Shown here: piece by piece, positions 14,619-28,324 of the stretch
Layout: the number at the start of each line of letters is the position of its first letter
Position numbering within the stretch: the first letter of the stretch is position 1
Assembly: GCF_009914755.1 (NCBI RefSeq)
Contig: NC_060932.1
Length of the DNA: 64,000 bases
Strand: one strand, 5' to 3'
Source of the DNA: the human T2T-CHM13v2.0 reference genome, Homo sapiens
Made by a program: the position numbers and the translations under genes
The notes under the pieces: model-generated
Seen by the model: only the letters and a program-made list of their open reading frames with translations
Told to the model about the DNA's origin: nothing
Databases searched by the model: none

Positions 14619-15074
14619 TCCATGCATTTTAAGAGTTTTCTTTTATCTATAAATCATTTCTATGGGTTTATAGTGAGTATTTCCATGCCACCCTTTGGCC
14701 ATTTTGCTGGCTCTCAGAGTGTCTGCCTTTCTGATGGCTTTCACTGTACCCTCTCCAATATCCCGTTTCGTAGCCAAGAAACTTCTCTGCATCCTTAGCC
14801 TTTTCTGGAATGTGTCCTATCTGCTTCCTTGTCATAACAAACTTGGTTTTTCCCTGATGAGACCACTGTCCCTGAAACCCTTTCAGGTGAAGGACCCAAC
14901 ACTCCCCTCCCACCCTTTCAAAGCACACACAGGGGGTCTCAAGTTCAGTCGAAGAGCTTAGCATTTATTAAGATATTAGTCTCCTCCCTACTCCAACTTC
15001 TGCCATCCCCTTCCATGCCCAGGCTGTGATCCTATTCATCATCTGAGCCTCAGAGTCACCTGATGGTGTGAACA

Positions 15075-15285
15075 GAAGCTTCACTCTGGAGATAGATGGA
15101 TGGGACTTCAAAATTCCATTTCCATGATCACTGTGGTTCCTAATCACTCTGCACTTTAATCTCCTTGCCTACAAAAAAAAAAATAGGATAAGAAAACTTA
15201 TCTTAAGAGGTGGTTATAAAATTTAAATGAGATAATGCATTTTGGATGCCCAGCCAGTTGTTAGCACAGGATAAGTGCTTATGAT
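15075..15285 (+). mobile_element. MIR
   Basis: Core-like segment, then ttaaatgagataatgca and agcacaggataagtgctt 3' end. Confidence 0.6.
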
Positions 15286-15427
15286 GTTTATTTCCATTTC
15301 ACTTCACTTCCACTCCACTTTCAACAAGCAGAAAGCTACAAGTGGTACTTTATTCTCACTCAGAGCGACTCTCCTGTGTGATGTGGAACCCTGGAGCTCT
15401 CCTTTGTGGCCCTATCTTCCTAACTGC

Positions 15428-15899
15428 TGTATTGGTTTCCTGTGGTTGACGTAACAATTTTCCACTGGCTTGGTGGCTTAAAATGACAGAAACGTATGCT
15501 CTCATAGTCCTGGAGACAAGAAATCTAGAATCAGCATCACTGAGCTGAGATCATGGTGTTGAGAGGGCTTGCGCCTCACTCCCTCTGGAGGCGGCAGGGG
15601 AGGATCTTGTGTCTTCCAACTTCCAGTGGCTGCTGGCCTTGCTTGGCTGGAGGCTGCAGCACTCCAATCTCCACCTCTGTGGTTACTTTGCCTTTTCTTC
15701 TTCTGGTGTCAAATCTTTCTCTACAAGGACACCTATGATTGCATTTAGGACCCAAATGGGTAATCCAAAATAATCTCCTCATTTCAAGATCTTTCACCAC
15801 ATCTGCAAAGTCCTTCTTTAGCTAAATAAGATGACATTAATAGGGCCCAGGGACGAGGATGTGGATGTGTTTTGGGGGGCCATTGTTCAGCCTACCACA
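15428..15899 (-). mobile_element. MaLR LTR, MLT1C-like
   Basis: tgtattggtttcctgtgg...ggtggcttaaaa; aaggacacctatgattgcatttagg; ends ggccattgttcagcctaccaca. Confidence 0.85.
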
Positions 15900-16749
15900 C
15901 CGTTCTTCTTCCCACTCCCTGCCTGCTAAATCTGCTTCTCAACTGCGTGACGTTGTTCAGTCCCCCCTTACTTCCTGTATTTAGAGTTATCATTGGTCCC
16001 CTACCTTCATTCCCCTCCTCCCCACACACCCCTCCCTCACGACGACACCCCCTTGCTTGTCATCTCCACCACACTCCCCAGAACCTTCCATGCCCTCATT
16101 CCTTTGGCCTTCAGCCATGTTAGTCCTTCTAATCCACCCAAGAACACAGACACTTTTAGGTGGGAACTCTCCCAATTCCTTTCCCTTTCCTCTAAAGTAA
16201 TAAACATATTTCCTCCCCCCTGCTCTTTTGTCTCCCTCCTTCTCTTTATCCATATCTTTCTCTACTTTTGGGTATAGGTTGTGTTGAATGGGATGGGGGC
16301 TGGGGGCTGGAATGAGTGGAAGAGAAGGAGGGGTCTGAACACAGACCTGATGGGAAGGGGGGCTCTGGGACATCTGGGAATGTGAAGGTTTCCCTTGGTT
16401 CAGCCAACATGGCCATCAGCCCAGCCAGAGTCAGAGCCAACCTAAGAAGACGTGATGGTCAGGCTCTTGCTGCTGGAAGTGAGGATGGGGCACTGTCACC
16501 CACTAACCAGGTGGCAGGTCACACGAGGCAGATGGTGCTGTGGATGTGAGGCTTCCTGCATAGTGAGAAGAGATAGCATCTCTGGGTTGTATACTATCTT
16601 TGTCTATGTATTATGTTGGTAAAGTCTCCCCCGTGTCCCTTGGAGGTGGTGCTCTAGTCACCTTATCCAGGTGTGTGTGAGTCCCAGAGGTGGTTTCATA
16701 TCTAAACAGCAAAGCCACACATAGCCCTCCTCCCTGGGTGGTTTCCAAA

Positions 16750-17985
16750 GTCCTCGAGGAGATAAGATATTTCACTCTTAACAACACGGTGCTCTACACA
16801 ACGGACATGCTGAGGTCAGAAGGAGATCTTAGGAATTTAAAAAACACATTAGAGATGAAAATCTTAATAGAAAAGAATGATGAGAGAGATGAAGAAATCC
16901 CCAGAAAGTAGAACAAAAAGAGAAAGAATTGGAAAATAGGAGAGAAAAAGATAAGAAAATTAGAGGACAAATCCTGGGGATTTGATATCCAAACAATAGG
17001 TCCAAAAAGAGGGAACAGAGTCTATGGAAGGAGGGAAATCATTAATAAAAGAACTCAACTTCTCAGACTCTAGGGCTTGTGATTCCTGATTGAAAGGGCT
17101 TCCTGAGTGTTTGGCCCGGTGGATGAAAACAGGGTTACACCAAGTACATCATCATGAATTTTCAGGATGTTGGGATCAAGGAAAAGCTCCAACAAGCTTT
17201 CAAAGAGAGAGAGAGAGAGAAAAGTTACATGCAAATTATCAAGTATCAAAAAGGTATTGGATTTCTCAACAGCAACCCAGAAAGTCAGAATGCAGTGAAG
17301 TAATGCCTTCAAAATGCTGAGAGAAAATTATTTCCTGTCTAAAATTCTATATCCAGCCAAACTGCCAGAGAGAATAATGTGTTTTCAGATAGTCAAGGCG
17401 TCAAACACTTTACTCTAACATATGCTGTCCTCAGAAGCTCCTGGAGGACAGACTCCACAAAAACAAGGAAGAAAACCAAAACAGAAGATAGGAAGGACAG
17501 GGGATCCCACACAAGAAACAGTGGAATTCCCCAGACTTGTGGTGAGGGGGTGTCATCCTGCTGTGGCCTGAGGAGGTGGCTGCTGGAAGTCATAGGGCAG
17601 TGAGAATCATTCCCTCAAGAGATTTCAACCTAGTGGGAGGAGGACAATTTGAGGAGCTCTTGGGGTTGAATTAGTGGCAAGTATACAGAAAACTAAGAAA
17701 ACAAAGAAGAGGACAGTCCTAATATGAATGTTGATGTAACCAAATTATAACTGTGTTGAGCTGACATGGGGGCTGGGAAGTGGGAGTTTGGGGGCTGGGG
17801 TGAGGATGCCAGAAGAGAGTGAATTATTATTTTCCATTGAGGGAAGTCAATAGGTAATTAAAGCCAAAAAAATGAAGAAGTAGCAATATAAGCACCTAAT
17901 TAGAAATATGAGGGTAAAGATTAAATACCCTATAAATCAACCCAGAGAGTTGAAGTTATTGTTTCTGGGAAGTGAGAAATAAAGA
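16750..17985 (+). mobile_element. HAL1 (half-L1, ORF1-only) remnant
   Basis: Decayed ORF1 motifs gattgaaagggc, ttctcaacagcaac, aatgccttcaaaatgctgagagaaaa, aattctatatccagccaaact; HAL1-type 3' part ctcagaagctcctggagga...ggggatcccacaca. Confidence 0.75.
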
Positions 17986-18014
17986 ATAAGTCTTCGCTGT
18001 TTGGTTTGGCCTGT

Positions 18015-18302
18015 TGTTTTGTTCTTCTCTTTTCAGAGAGCGTCTCACTCTGTTGCCCAGGTGAGATTATAACTCACTGCAGTCTCGAACTCCTGGGCTC
18101 AAATGATCTTCCTGCCTCAGCCTCTGCAGTCGCTGGGACTAAAGGTGCACACACCACACCCAGCCAATTTTTAAAAAATGTTTTGTAGAGATGGGGTTCT
18201 ACTATGTTTCCCAGGCTGATCTCAAACTCCTGGCCTCAAGCAATCCTCCTGCCTCAGCCTCCCAAAGTGCTAGGATTACAGGCGTGAGTCACCCACCCAG
18301 CC
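18015..18302 (-). mobile_element. Alu (AluJ)
   Basis: Antisense dimer with ctcctgggctcaa and ctcctggcctcaagcaatcctcc. Confidence 0.9.
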
Positions 18303-18356
18303 ATGGTCTGGTTTTGAATGTGCTTTGTAGAACTGCCCATCCCCTCAAATCTAAGT

Positions 18357-18533
18357 CAATGGCTCACATCACCACTGCATATGAGAGTCACCCAGGGAAC
18401 TTCAGAAACACCAGTACCCGGGCCATCCATCCAACAGACTCTTACTTAGTTGTTCTGCAGGGAAGTCTAAGCTTCAGGATTTTAAAACATTCCCCCAGAT
18501 GAGTCTCAATTTTAGCCATGTTTGGGAACCACT
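18357..18533. mobile_element. MER5A/B-like hAT-Charlie fossil
   Basis: gagtcacccaggga ... tttaaaacattcccccagatga ... tttgggaaccact terminal motif. Confidence 0.65.
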
Positions 18534-19120
18534 AAAAACCATGCATGTATAACTTTGATAGAAATTAAAACTGACTTTGAAAAAGATGAATGTATAAATG
18601 AAGCATGTGGGATATTTCTGGGCACTCTATCCTTAGATATTAATACTTCCAGTGGGGCTTGTAAAGGTTCTGGAAAAGGGTGGCTTGAGATACTCAAGGC
18701 AGGCTTCACTCAGAACCTCCAGAATTTGATTCTTGTCTGCCAAGAAAACATACCTCAGGATCAACCTGAAATTCCTTTAATAGACGACAGCTTTTCATTT
18801 GGGGTTACAGCTGAAAGGGAATAGTGGGAGATGCCAGAGGATTAATTTTACTTAGAGGTGTGAATGGCGTGCAGCTGATCGTGCCTTAGCAGGTCAAAGA
18901 GCAGAGGTCAAGAGAGTAATGCCTGAGAAGGGGAGGAAAAGCCTTGAGGTGGGGGAGGATAAAAAAGGGGTTGGTTGAAACAAAAGAAATCAAACTTCAG
19001 CTCTTTTTATCTAATTATAGATAAATAGCCTCTTCTCCTGCTCTCTTAAGAACCCCCTGAAGATGCCAATTTTGAGTTGTACATTAACTCATGGCCCTGG
19101 CTAGTTGCTGGTGACTTTCA

Positions 19121-19445
<325 letters not shown>

Positions 19446-20435
19446 GGAGAACCTCTGTCCTTAGTTTCTCTTCCAGTCCCTGAGTCAAAGACAGCTGTGT
19501 CTCATGCCCCCGTGGGAGGATGGCTGCCTGCCTCTTCGGGTCACCTGAGCAGAATGGCGTCATTCTCGCCGTAGTCCTCACTCTCTTCTTTAACACATCC
19601 ACAGGTGCACCGACCCTTTTTTACTGTGCCTCACACAGGCTGCTTTCTTCCTCTGCCATCATCCTGCTCAGTATACAGGAACCCGTTGTTCACCACACAG
19701 TGTACCGTTATCCCCTTTGATATGCTGCTGTTTGAGCCAGATGCTGTCTGTCTTCTAGCATTTCATCCTTTGAAAGGTTGAAGGAAGCAATTTCTATGAA
19801 GGGTGGCTCCTTGTAAGAAAGCGAAGTCATATTGCACTTCATGCCAATCTTGCGCGGATTTACCTGTCTCCACTCCCACTCTCAGAGATTAATGAATGAA
19901 GAAGTACGTTTTGGTGGCTTTAAGCTGGCCATCCCCTAAGAAATGCCAGCACATGCCAGTGATAATGAGGAGGCTGGAGGGCTCAGCTGCTGGTCCCCTT
20001 TCTGCACTGGGACCCCCAACTCTATCCTGCATCGTAAATCTAGGGGAACGTGAATCCCCTTTCTATAAAAATGATGCTCTTCCTCAAGGCATGTTAAATG
20101 TCTGGAATGGAATAGACATGGTCCTGAGAGATTGCTTTTAAAATAAAATTTAAAAGCCTTTCTATATTGAATCATTTGTATATCTTGAATAATTTTTTCC
20201 TATTGACTTGTATTTACATGTTTAGATATAATGGGAATGAGATTGTCAAAATAAACTAAATCACGCTTCAAATAATTCAATTAGCACTTTTAAAAACTAC
20301 AATAAATGAAACTATGAAAACAATCCCACTCAGATGAATGAATCAGAGATGTCCAACATACGGCTGCAATCCAGTGGAACCCTCCAATCAACAGGGGACA
20401 ATGGCTCTTATTGAATCTTACAGATGCTACAATTA

Positions 20436-20776
<341 letters not shown>

Positions 20777-20974
20777 GTTATATTGCATCCTCTGAAACCT
20801 GACATGAGGGCACTCTGAGTAACTAATATTAGAGAAAAAGATATTTTTATACAAATAAGTCTAATAGAAAAAAAGCACTTAAAACAGTGTCTGGCACAGA
20901 GAAAATACTCAGTAAACACTTTTACTGGAATACTATTTTAACAGGAAAATGTGGGCTCATGGCCCTGCCCTCGG

Positions 20975-21400
20975 TACCCACTATGTGTGTTCAGACTCTA
21001 TGGCTCTGAAGATACATGGCTCCTGGTTTAGTTAGGGATAGGAGACAGAGCCTAAAAAGAAGGAATAATGCATTTTGGGGTGTGGGGTGTGAGGGGAGAG
21101 GCTGAGATGTTTTCTGAAGGAAGAGATCTTCAATCTGAGTCCTGAAAAATGAGAAGGTGTTTCCTAGATGGACCCAAGAGTAGGGCTTTTCCAGGCCGAG
21201 AGCAGAGCTTGCATATGAGTGAAGGTGGGAAAGCAGTTGGAAAATAGTGGTGGAAAGAGAGGGTATGTTTCAGGGAAGTTGGACAAATGATGCAACTGGA
21301 AGGTAAGCAGGGATCAGGTACTGGCAGACTCTTAGGTCCCACTTTAAGGACTTTGGACTTGATTCAGTGGAGCTGCAGAAGGGTTTTCAGCACAGGGTGT
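20975..21400 (-). mobile_element. L2 remnant
   Basis: cactatgtg, ttccaggccgagagcagagc, taaggactttggacttgattc, gaagggttttcagcacaggg. Confidence 0.55.
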
Positions 21401-22029
21401 GTTTGCATGTGTATTTGGCATATTTGGGCTGTGTTGAATGACCACAAACATTAAGGCTTTCCAGGGGTTAAAGGACAATTCCGGAAAGGAGCAGAGATTA
21501 GATGAACGAGTTGAATAATGGACATGATCCAAAGGCACCCAATAATCTAGGAGCTACTCAGATAGCTAAGACAATGGAGAAAGACGTTAAGGAAGGGGAA
21601 TCTTCTAGGAAATGTTGCTAGGGGCGGAACCGTGGAAACTGATGAATGTTAGCTCCTTCCTCTGGGTTGGGGGCGGATAGCGAGCTCCTCTCACAAGCCT
21701 TTATTGAAGTGCAGTTGGTTTGAGAACTGGGAGGTGTAAATAGCTCCGCAGGTGATTGTGATACATATTAATCGTACTGCTCATTTGTGTTGGGGGCACA
21801 AAAGAGAAGGGAGAGATGAGACGAGAACTCATATCACGAGCTTGCTAGGCAGAGGTGACTCCCACATGAGAAGCAGTCTAGAATCTAGAACCTGGGCCAC
21901 GTCTAACCTGGGCAAAAGCGGCCTCCATGCATCTGCTCCCTTGATTCATGGATGGTCTACATCCTGATCAACTCTCACCCCAGCAGGGCAGTAGCTTTTT
22001 GCTCTCCTGAAAACAGCCATGTGTGTGTT

Positions 22030-22225
22030 GTGCACAAAGCCAGGGCAGAGGAAGGAGCCCTGAGAACAAGCATGGAAGAGCTGGGTCCAGCCATCACACT
22101 GCTCCTTACTGGCTGGGTGGCCACGAGCAAATCACTTGACCTCTCTGAGCTACAAGATGATAACTTTTTAAAAGAAGGCAATGGAATCTGCCCCAGCTCC
22201 CTCACCCGGCTATGGCGAGGGTGGC
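22030..22225 (+). mobile_element. MIR
   Basis: ttactggctgggtggccacgagcaaatcacttgacctctctgagc core. Confidence 0.65.
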
Positions 22226-22354
22226 TAAGGGGAGGGAAGAACTGCAGCCTGTGTTGGTGGCAGGCTCCAGAGTGGCAAGGAGGACAAGCAACTCCAAGTG
22301 AGGTCAGAGCTCAGTACCACTGTAAGACCTGCATGTGATTAAACATTAAACAGT

Positions 22355-22670
22355 AGCTGGGTGAGGTGCCTCACGCCTGTGATCCCAGCACTTTGGGAGG
22401 CTGAGGTGGGAGGATTGCTTGAGGCCAGGAGTTTGAGACCAGCCTGGGCAACATAGTAAGACCCTGTCTCCACAAAAAAAAATTTTAAAAAACAAGCCAG
22501 GCATGGTGGTATGCTCCTGTAGTCCCAGTCATTCAGGAGGCTGACAGGGAAGGATTGCTTGAGCCCAGGAGCTGGGGGCTGCAGTGAGCTATGGATCATG
22601 CCACTGCACTCCAGCCTGGGTGACAGAGTGAGACCCCATCTCTAAAAAAATAATAATAAAATAAAATAAA
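22355..22670 (+). mobile_element. Alu (AluJ)
   Basis: Full dimer; TSD taaacag. Confidence 0.92.
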
Positions 22671-22772
22671 CAGCAGAAAGGGCACAAGGGGATTTCCTGG
22701 GACCTTCGATAGGGTCTATAGTCTCAGGTGGTAGTTAACTGAAAGTATACATTTGTCAAAATTCATTGAGCT

Positions 22773-23100
<328 letters not shown>

Positions 23101-23591
23101 TTACTGTATACTGATTATGCCTCAATTTAAAAAAAAAAGAAACAAGAAGATGAAAACATCTGCATTGAGAGTGGCTAGCTGTGCTTTCATCCATGGCACA
23201 CGCGGCCATAGCAAGGCCACAGGGAAGGGCCACTCCTCAGAGCCGAGCCCGGGGCTGCTGGGTTCTGGGCCGCAGCTCCCTCCCCAGATTCCTCAGCAGA
23301 AGGCCAGCACAGCTCTCTCGAGTTGTTCAAAACCTGCTGGTTTCAGTGCATTCTGGGAAAATTGTTGGCTTTTAAAAACAAACAGGATGCCCCGCGCTGA
23401 AAGGAGGGGGAGCCTCAGAACCACAGCTGAAGTAATAATGAAAAACGCAGCCGTCAGTGAATCAGTGGGAGAACAAATTCCCTGGAACACTCTGGCAGAG
23501 GGGCCCGAGAATTCTGGAAAGACGTCTTAACGAGATAAATGTGTATCCATTCACTGATTTGTGCCTCCTGACAGGACATGCTTCTCTAGCA

Positions 23592-23645
23592 GTGTCTGTA
23601 TACAGTTGTGTGAGCGTCACAACTCTGGTGCCCGGGGCTTTTTGT
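23592..23645. repeat. Arm 1 of a 54-bp inverted repeat (partner 24918-24971)
   Basis: 49/54 identity to the reverse complement of 24918-24971, aligned by hand. Confidence 0.92.
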
Positions 23646-24865
23646 ATCCCACTGATTTGCACTTGACGATGAATGTCATTTCCTGTTGGCTCCCTGAACA
23701 GTGCTCTCTCTCCCGAGAGGGGACTCTGTCAACGTGGCTGCCTGGCTGTGTCTCCATGACCTTAGCTACCCACAGCAAAACACATCTTTTCCCTCGAAGC
23801 CACATGACCTCCTCTGATGGAACAGAACACAGTTCCCTAAGAGTTTACAGGACAAACATAACCACCTCCCCGAGGGGGTGTCAAGTCGTCACTGGTCCAG
23901 GCAGGAAGCTTGGAATCTAAGCAGCCACCTTTCCTGCAAGGAACTGTGGGGGCAGAGACTCCAGCCCCACGCTCCTCTCACTCATCTCTGGAGGCCAGAA
24001 CCCTGTGGAGGAAAAAACAAGGCGGGGAGGGATCCAGCTTTCTCCAGAAGACAGGAACAGGGGAAAATGATCCCACTGCTGTTTCTCCTGGGAGCCACTG
24101 CAGGGATCATTTCAAATTCTCCTGTACGGCTGTTGTAATAAAGACAATAACTCAAAAGTTTTAGTGAGGCAGCCAACATGAAAAGTCAAGGACCTTAGCC
24201 ATCCAAATGTTCACGGTACCTTCCCACATATTCTGCAAAGGGGAGCTTTCAGATAAGGCAGCAGGAGAAATATTGATGTGGATGGAGAGTGGCGGGGAGC
24301 AGTGATGGAGCTGGACTACAGAGCTGAATAGTGGCAGGAAGCCAGCTCCTGGCCCCATCAGGAGCAGCACATTCAGCATTTCTACCTTTCCCTCTGAGCC
24401 TTCTAGCAAATGCAGCCACGACTCCCTCTGAAATGAGCTCAGAAACACTGGCTCTCCCCCTGTCCCTCTGGGACCCCTCAGGGTCTTGGGGCTTCTCCAG
24501 GGTCACCAGGGACTTCTACCTTTCTCTGACAAGTTAAAGGGCTTAGTTCTTCTTTTATTTCCAGAATGCAAACCATAATCACTTTGCCTCCGCCGTGGTG
24601 CTGGCTGGCCCCTCGCATGATGGTTTTCATCAGAGAAACACCCGTGAGCTGCAGTGGTATTCAGAATGACGTGATGCCAAGCCGAGGGGAAAAAATTGTT
24701 CAGAGACAGTTTACTGATATAAAACTGGCCAGGCCTTGAGGGAACAATGGACAAGTTCCTGGTTCCCCACCCAGTTGTACAGGCTGCAGGCTTGTCCTGG
24801 TGGCTCGTGTGACCTTGCCCCGGTTCCTCCCCTTGTAACTTCAGTTGGTTCCACTTCTGGACCTC

Positions 24866-25050
24866 AACACATGCACACACAGACATGTGCATGCACACAC
24901 ACACATCACACAGACACACAAAGAGCCCAGGGCACCAGGGTTGTGATGCTCACACAATTGTATACAGACACACATGCGCACACAGACACACACATGTACA
25001 CAGAGACACATGCATGCACACAGAGACACATGCATACACACACACAGACT
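24866..25050. repeat. Degenerate (CA)n microsatellite containing arm 2 (24918-24971) of the inverted repeat
   Basis: cacacagaca/catgca units interrupted by a non-repetitive block of about 44 bp. Confidence 0.9.
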
Positions 25051-25813
25051 CTCACAGCCTTCTATCCCTGGCAGCAGTCTGGGGTTGCACTAAATATCAG
25101 AAGCATCAGCATAAATTTTACAAAGATTAACCTCAAACAGACAGCGCAATGCCTGGAATTTCTACCTACTATGCGTATCTGCAAACATCTCAATTCACCC
25201 GATTGTGACAATTATAAATGCATGGGCCTTATTGCAGTCTCATGCTGTCTTTTCAGACTTGGTAACACACTTTGAGGGCTGGTTTTAGTCTTTGAGGTAA
25301 GACTGATGTCAAAGTGTCCAGTTTTTCCATTCATCCGCGAGTTTGCTGCCTGCAAAACATGTCTAAAATTATTCCTAATTCCAAGTCCTCTCTATGCAGT
25401 CAACCTCTCCAATGTAATAATTCCAAAACCTTTCTTGACTCCTGCTTTTAATAAAGTACATTTACAGAGGATATGAATTCCAGATTTGATTTCAAACTCT
25501 AGGGATGTATATTCCTCTTCTGGAACTTGTATATCCGGTCTTGGGATGAAAAAAAGGGGGGAGGAGAGAAAGAAAGAGAAAAAGAGGGGGATGGAGGGCC
25601 CATAGCATCACAAGCATTCCTTGTATTTCTTCTGTCTTTTACATGCTGAGCATGTAGGGCAGAGACAAGCTGATGCACAGCATCTGGTTAAAGTCAGGTA
25701 AGCAACACTCTGGGGAAAAAGCCTGAAGTCCGTTGCCAACCTCTTTCTCTTTCTAGTGTGTTTTTGCAGATGGATGAAAACTGCAGCCAATAAAGGTTTC
25801 AATTTTAGGTGAT

Positions 25814-25839
25814 AAAGGAAGGAAGAAAGAAAGAGAAAT

Positions 25840-25872
<33 letters not shown>

Positions 25873-26068
25873 AAGAAAGAAAGAGAAAAGAAAAGAAAGA
25901 AAGAAAGAGAAAGAAAAGAAAGAAAGAGAAGAAGGAAGGGAGGAAGGGAGGGAAAGAGAGGAAGAAGGAAGGAAGGAAAGGAAGGAAGGAAGGAAGAAAG
26001 AAAGAAAGAAGGAAAAAGAAAGAAAGAAAGGAAAGAAAGGAAGGGAGGAAGGGAGGGAGGGAGGGAAA
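25814..26068. repeat. GA-rich polypurine microsatellite (GAAA/GA/GGAA/GGGA)n
   Basis: About 255 bp of purines with essentially a single T interruption. Confidence 0.97.
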
Positions 26069-26309
26069 CATTTTGTTCAATCACTGTCCTATCAACTCCA
26101 TGCCATTTGGAACATTTGACACAACAAAAGGAACATGGAACCATGCCACCCCCAGACATCACCATGCCAGGAACATCTTCAGCCATGGATTCTCCTGAAT
26201 GAAGGCTTGCAGATATGACTGGGCCTGGACACAGGAAACTGAAGTTGTGCTTCTGAGCACAAACTCCTGTCACCATTGTTCCATGGGCATCTTCTGCAGT
26301 TGTTGAAGG

Positions 26310-26411
26310 GGCTTTAACCTGAGGGTCCACGGCAACTGAAAAACAGCTCACAACTTGTTACATAAATGTTGAACCAGACTGGTCTAATGCAGATACACTT
26401 GTTTTCTCCAT
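26310..26411 (-). mobile_element. ERV LTR fragment (LTR47-like)
   Basis: Reverse strand reads tctgcattagaccagtctggttcaac...tatgtaacaagttgtgagctgtttttcagttgcc. Family assignment from memory. Confidence 0.4.
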
Positions 26412-28324
26412 ATGTCAGATAGGGATACTAATATCTGCCTCCCCTCTCTCCCACACTGGCCCAGAGTCCAGAGGAGCCTCTTCCCGTACCTTTTAAGAAG
26501 AAGGTTAGAGTGTGGTGCAGGGTCACCAAGGCACTCACCCTACTCAGAGTATGGAGGACTTGTGAATATGCTCTGATTTTTCCTAGGAGCCCCAGCCCCA
26601 CTATGACGTGGGAAACTAAATTTACTCCACCCTCTAATCTCAGTCCAATCTCATGCTCTGGAAGTTTTCTTAAGATTTCTCTTCTGAAGAAATACCCAGA
26701 GTTTCAGATGTCTCTCTCCTTTCTTTCTCTCACTAAGATGGCACCAGGGTGTAGGAGGAGGGTGGATTGTATTCTCATGGCAGGAGAAGAGCAGGCTTGA
26801 TTCCACATGGTGTTTTCTGGATACTCGCTCTGTTTGTTGCATGGTGGCTGATCTGGGCTGCCCCCTGGACTGGTGACCACTGATGTGTCGCTTGTCCCAT
26901 ACCTTGGCATTCTGCCAGTATCTGCCGAAGACTATGGGTTGGGTAGCTTGTGGTTCATTTCATCTCTTGGCTGAGTCAGAGCCCAGCCCCCACCTACTTT
27001 TTTATTTTTCCTAATTTGACCCCTTTGGCTCTCTATTCCTGTGGGTCCCTGGGTCTGGCTATGACTCCAGTGAGGTCAGGACTCAGGCAGTTCATTTTGC
27101 AGTCCTTGGCCACAGCACCATTTTGCCCCCCACCGCAGTCATCCTCTCTGGTAAGTTCTCCAGCCAGACTCAACCAGCATCTGTGCCCCACCCCTGCAGA
27201 GGCATGCAGGAGATCCTGAATTCTTTCCACACCACACAGGAACTGAGGGCAACTTGGGAAAGCCAAACTTTAGCCCTTCCACTGCTTAACCACACTGGAC
27301 TGCTGAGTTTACAATGATGTGGCCGCTCCCAGATGGACCTGGGAGCCTATGTTTCCATGTAGAGTCTTGAATATGAAATGGGGGGAAAGAACCCTGTGTG
27401 GACTTTAACTTATTGAACACACCCTTCCCTCTGGGCATTCCAGAAACAGAAAATCAAGATCGATGTGTCTCTCCAGCATCTGTCTCCCTTCTTCTTCTCA
27501 TGGTCCTTTGGGACCAGAAATGGGCAGGCTTTCTGCCTCTACAATTTATCATTCTCCTTTTACCCTAAAGCATCTGCCTCCCTTCCCAGCCCAGTCATTT
27601 TAAACAGAACCAGTGCTTGCAGGCATGGAAATGACTGTGATCTGAGTTTTACCTACAACCTTGTTTCTCAGATGTTCAATGGGAGCTAAAGAAATTTAGA
27701 AAATCCTATTTCTCTCCCAACAAAGCCTAGGTTTTGCAACTACTGTTTCTACAAAAATCCTACTTTGGATTGGAAGACTTTCAATATTAACTTTTTTTGC
27801 ATTGATGCTGTAGAAATCTAAAGGTAAGTATGTCTCTGGCAAAAGGGTAAAGGGTAAGCCAGTCAATAAACACAAAAGAGAAAAGTATATTAATATTATT
27901 CCAAAAATGTTATCAGATGACCTTCAAAATGCCTTCCAACTTAAAAGTATTTGATTTCTGAGATGATGGTGCTTGAGGATTCAGTTTGGAAAGATAACAC
28001 ACTTTTCAAGTGTGTACATATATACTAACTTTATTATCATCTTTCTTATGTTTTCAAAGTGTTAACCCCTCAGAAGCTGGCCCAGGGCAGAGTTAACCTT
28101 GACGAATGGCCATTTAACCTGTTGATTCTGAATGATGCTTAGCAGCATCTAGCAATGTCTCTTCTGGCAAAACTGTTTCATGAATTATTCTGAAACCTCT
28201 GCCTTGAGCTAGTTTCCACTCTAATATGTCACAGTCCTCCTATGCCCGGTTCTGCATGCGCAGACTCACCCAACTGGCTGGGGATCGAAAATATTGCAGG
28301 CGGGGGAAACCACAATAAAAATTA

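Noticed and set aside
19545-19630. Minus-strand exon-like stretch (CGCVKEESEDYGENDAILL followed by CAG|GTGACC)
   Set aside because: In-frame stop just upstream, no polypyrimidine acceptor and no recognised homology.
25608-26351. 247-aa ORF and similar F/L/S- or K/E/R-rich ORFs (4956-5647, 28765-29351)
   Set aside because: They are translations of GA/TC microsatellites, which lack stop codons by composition.
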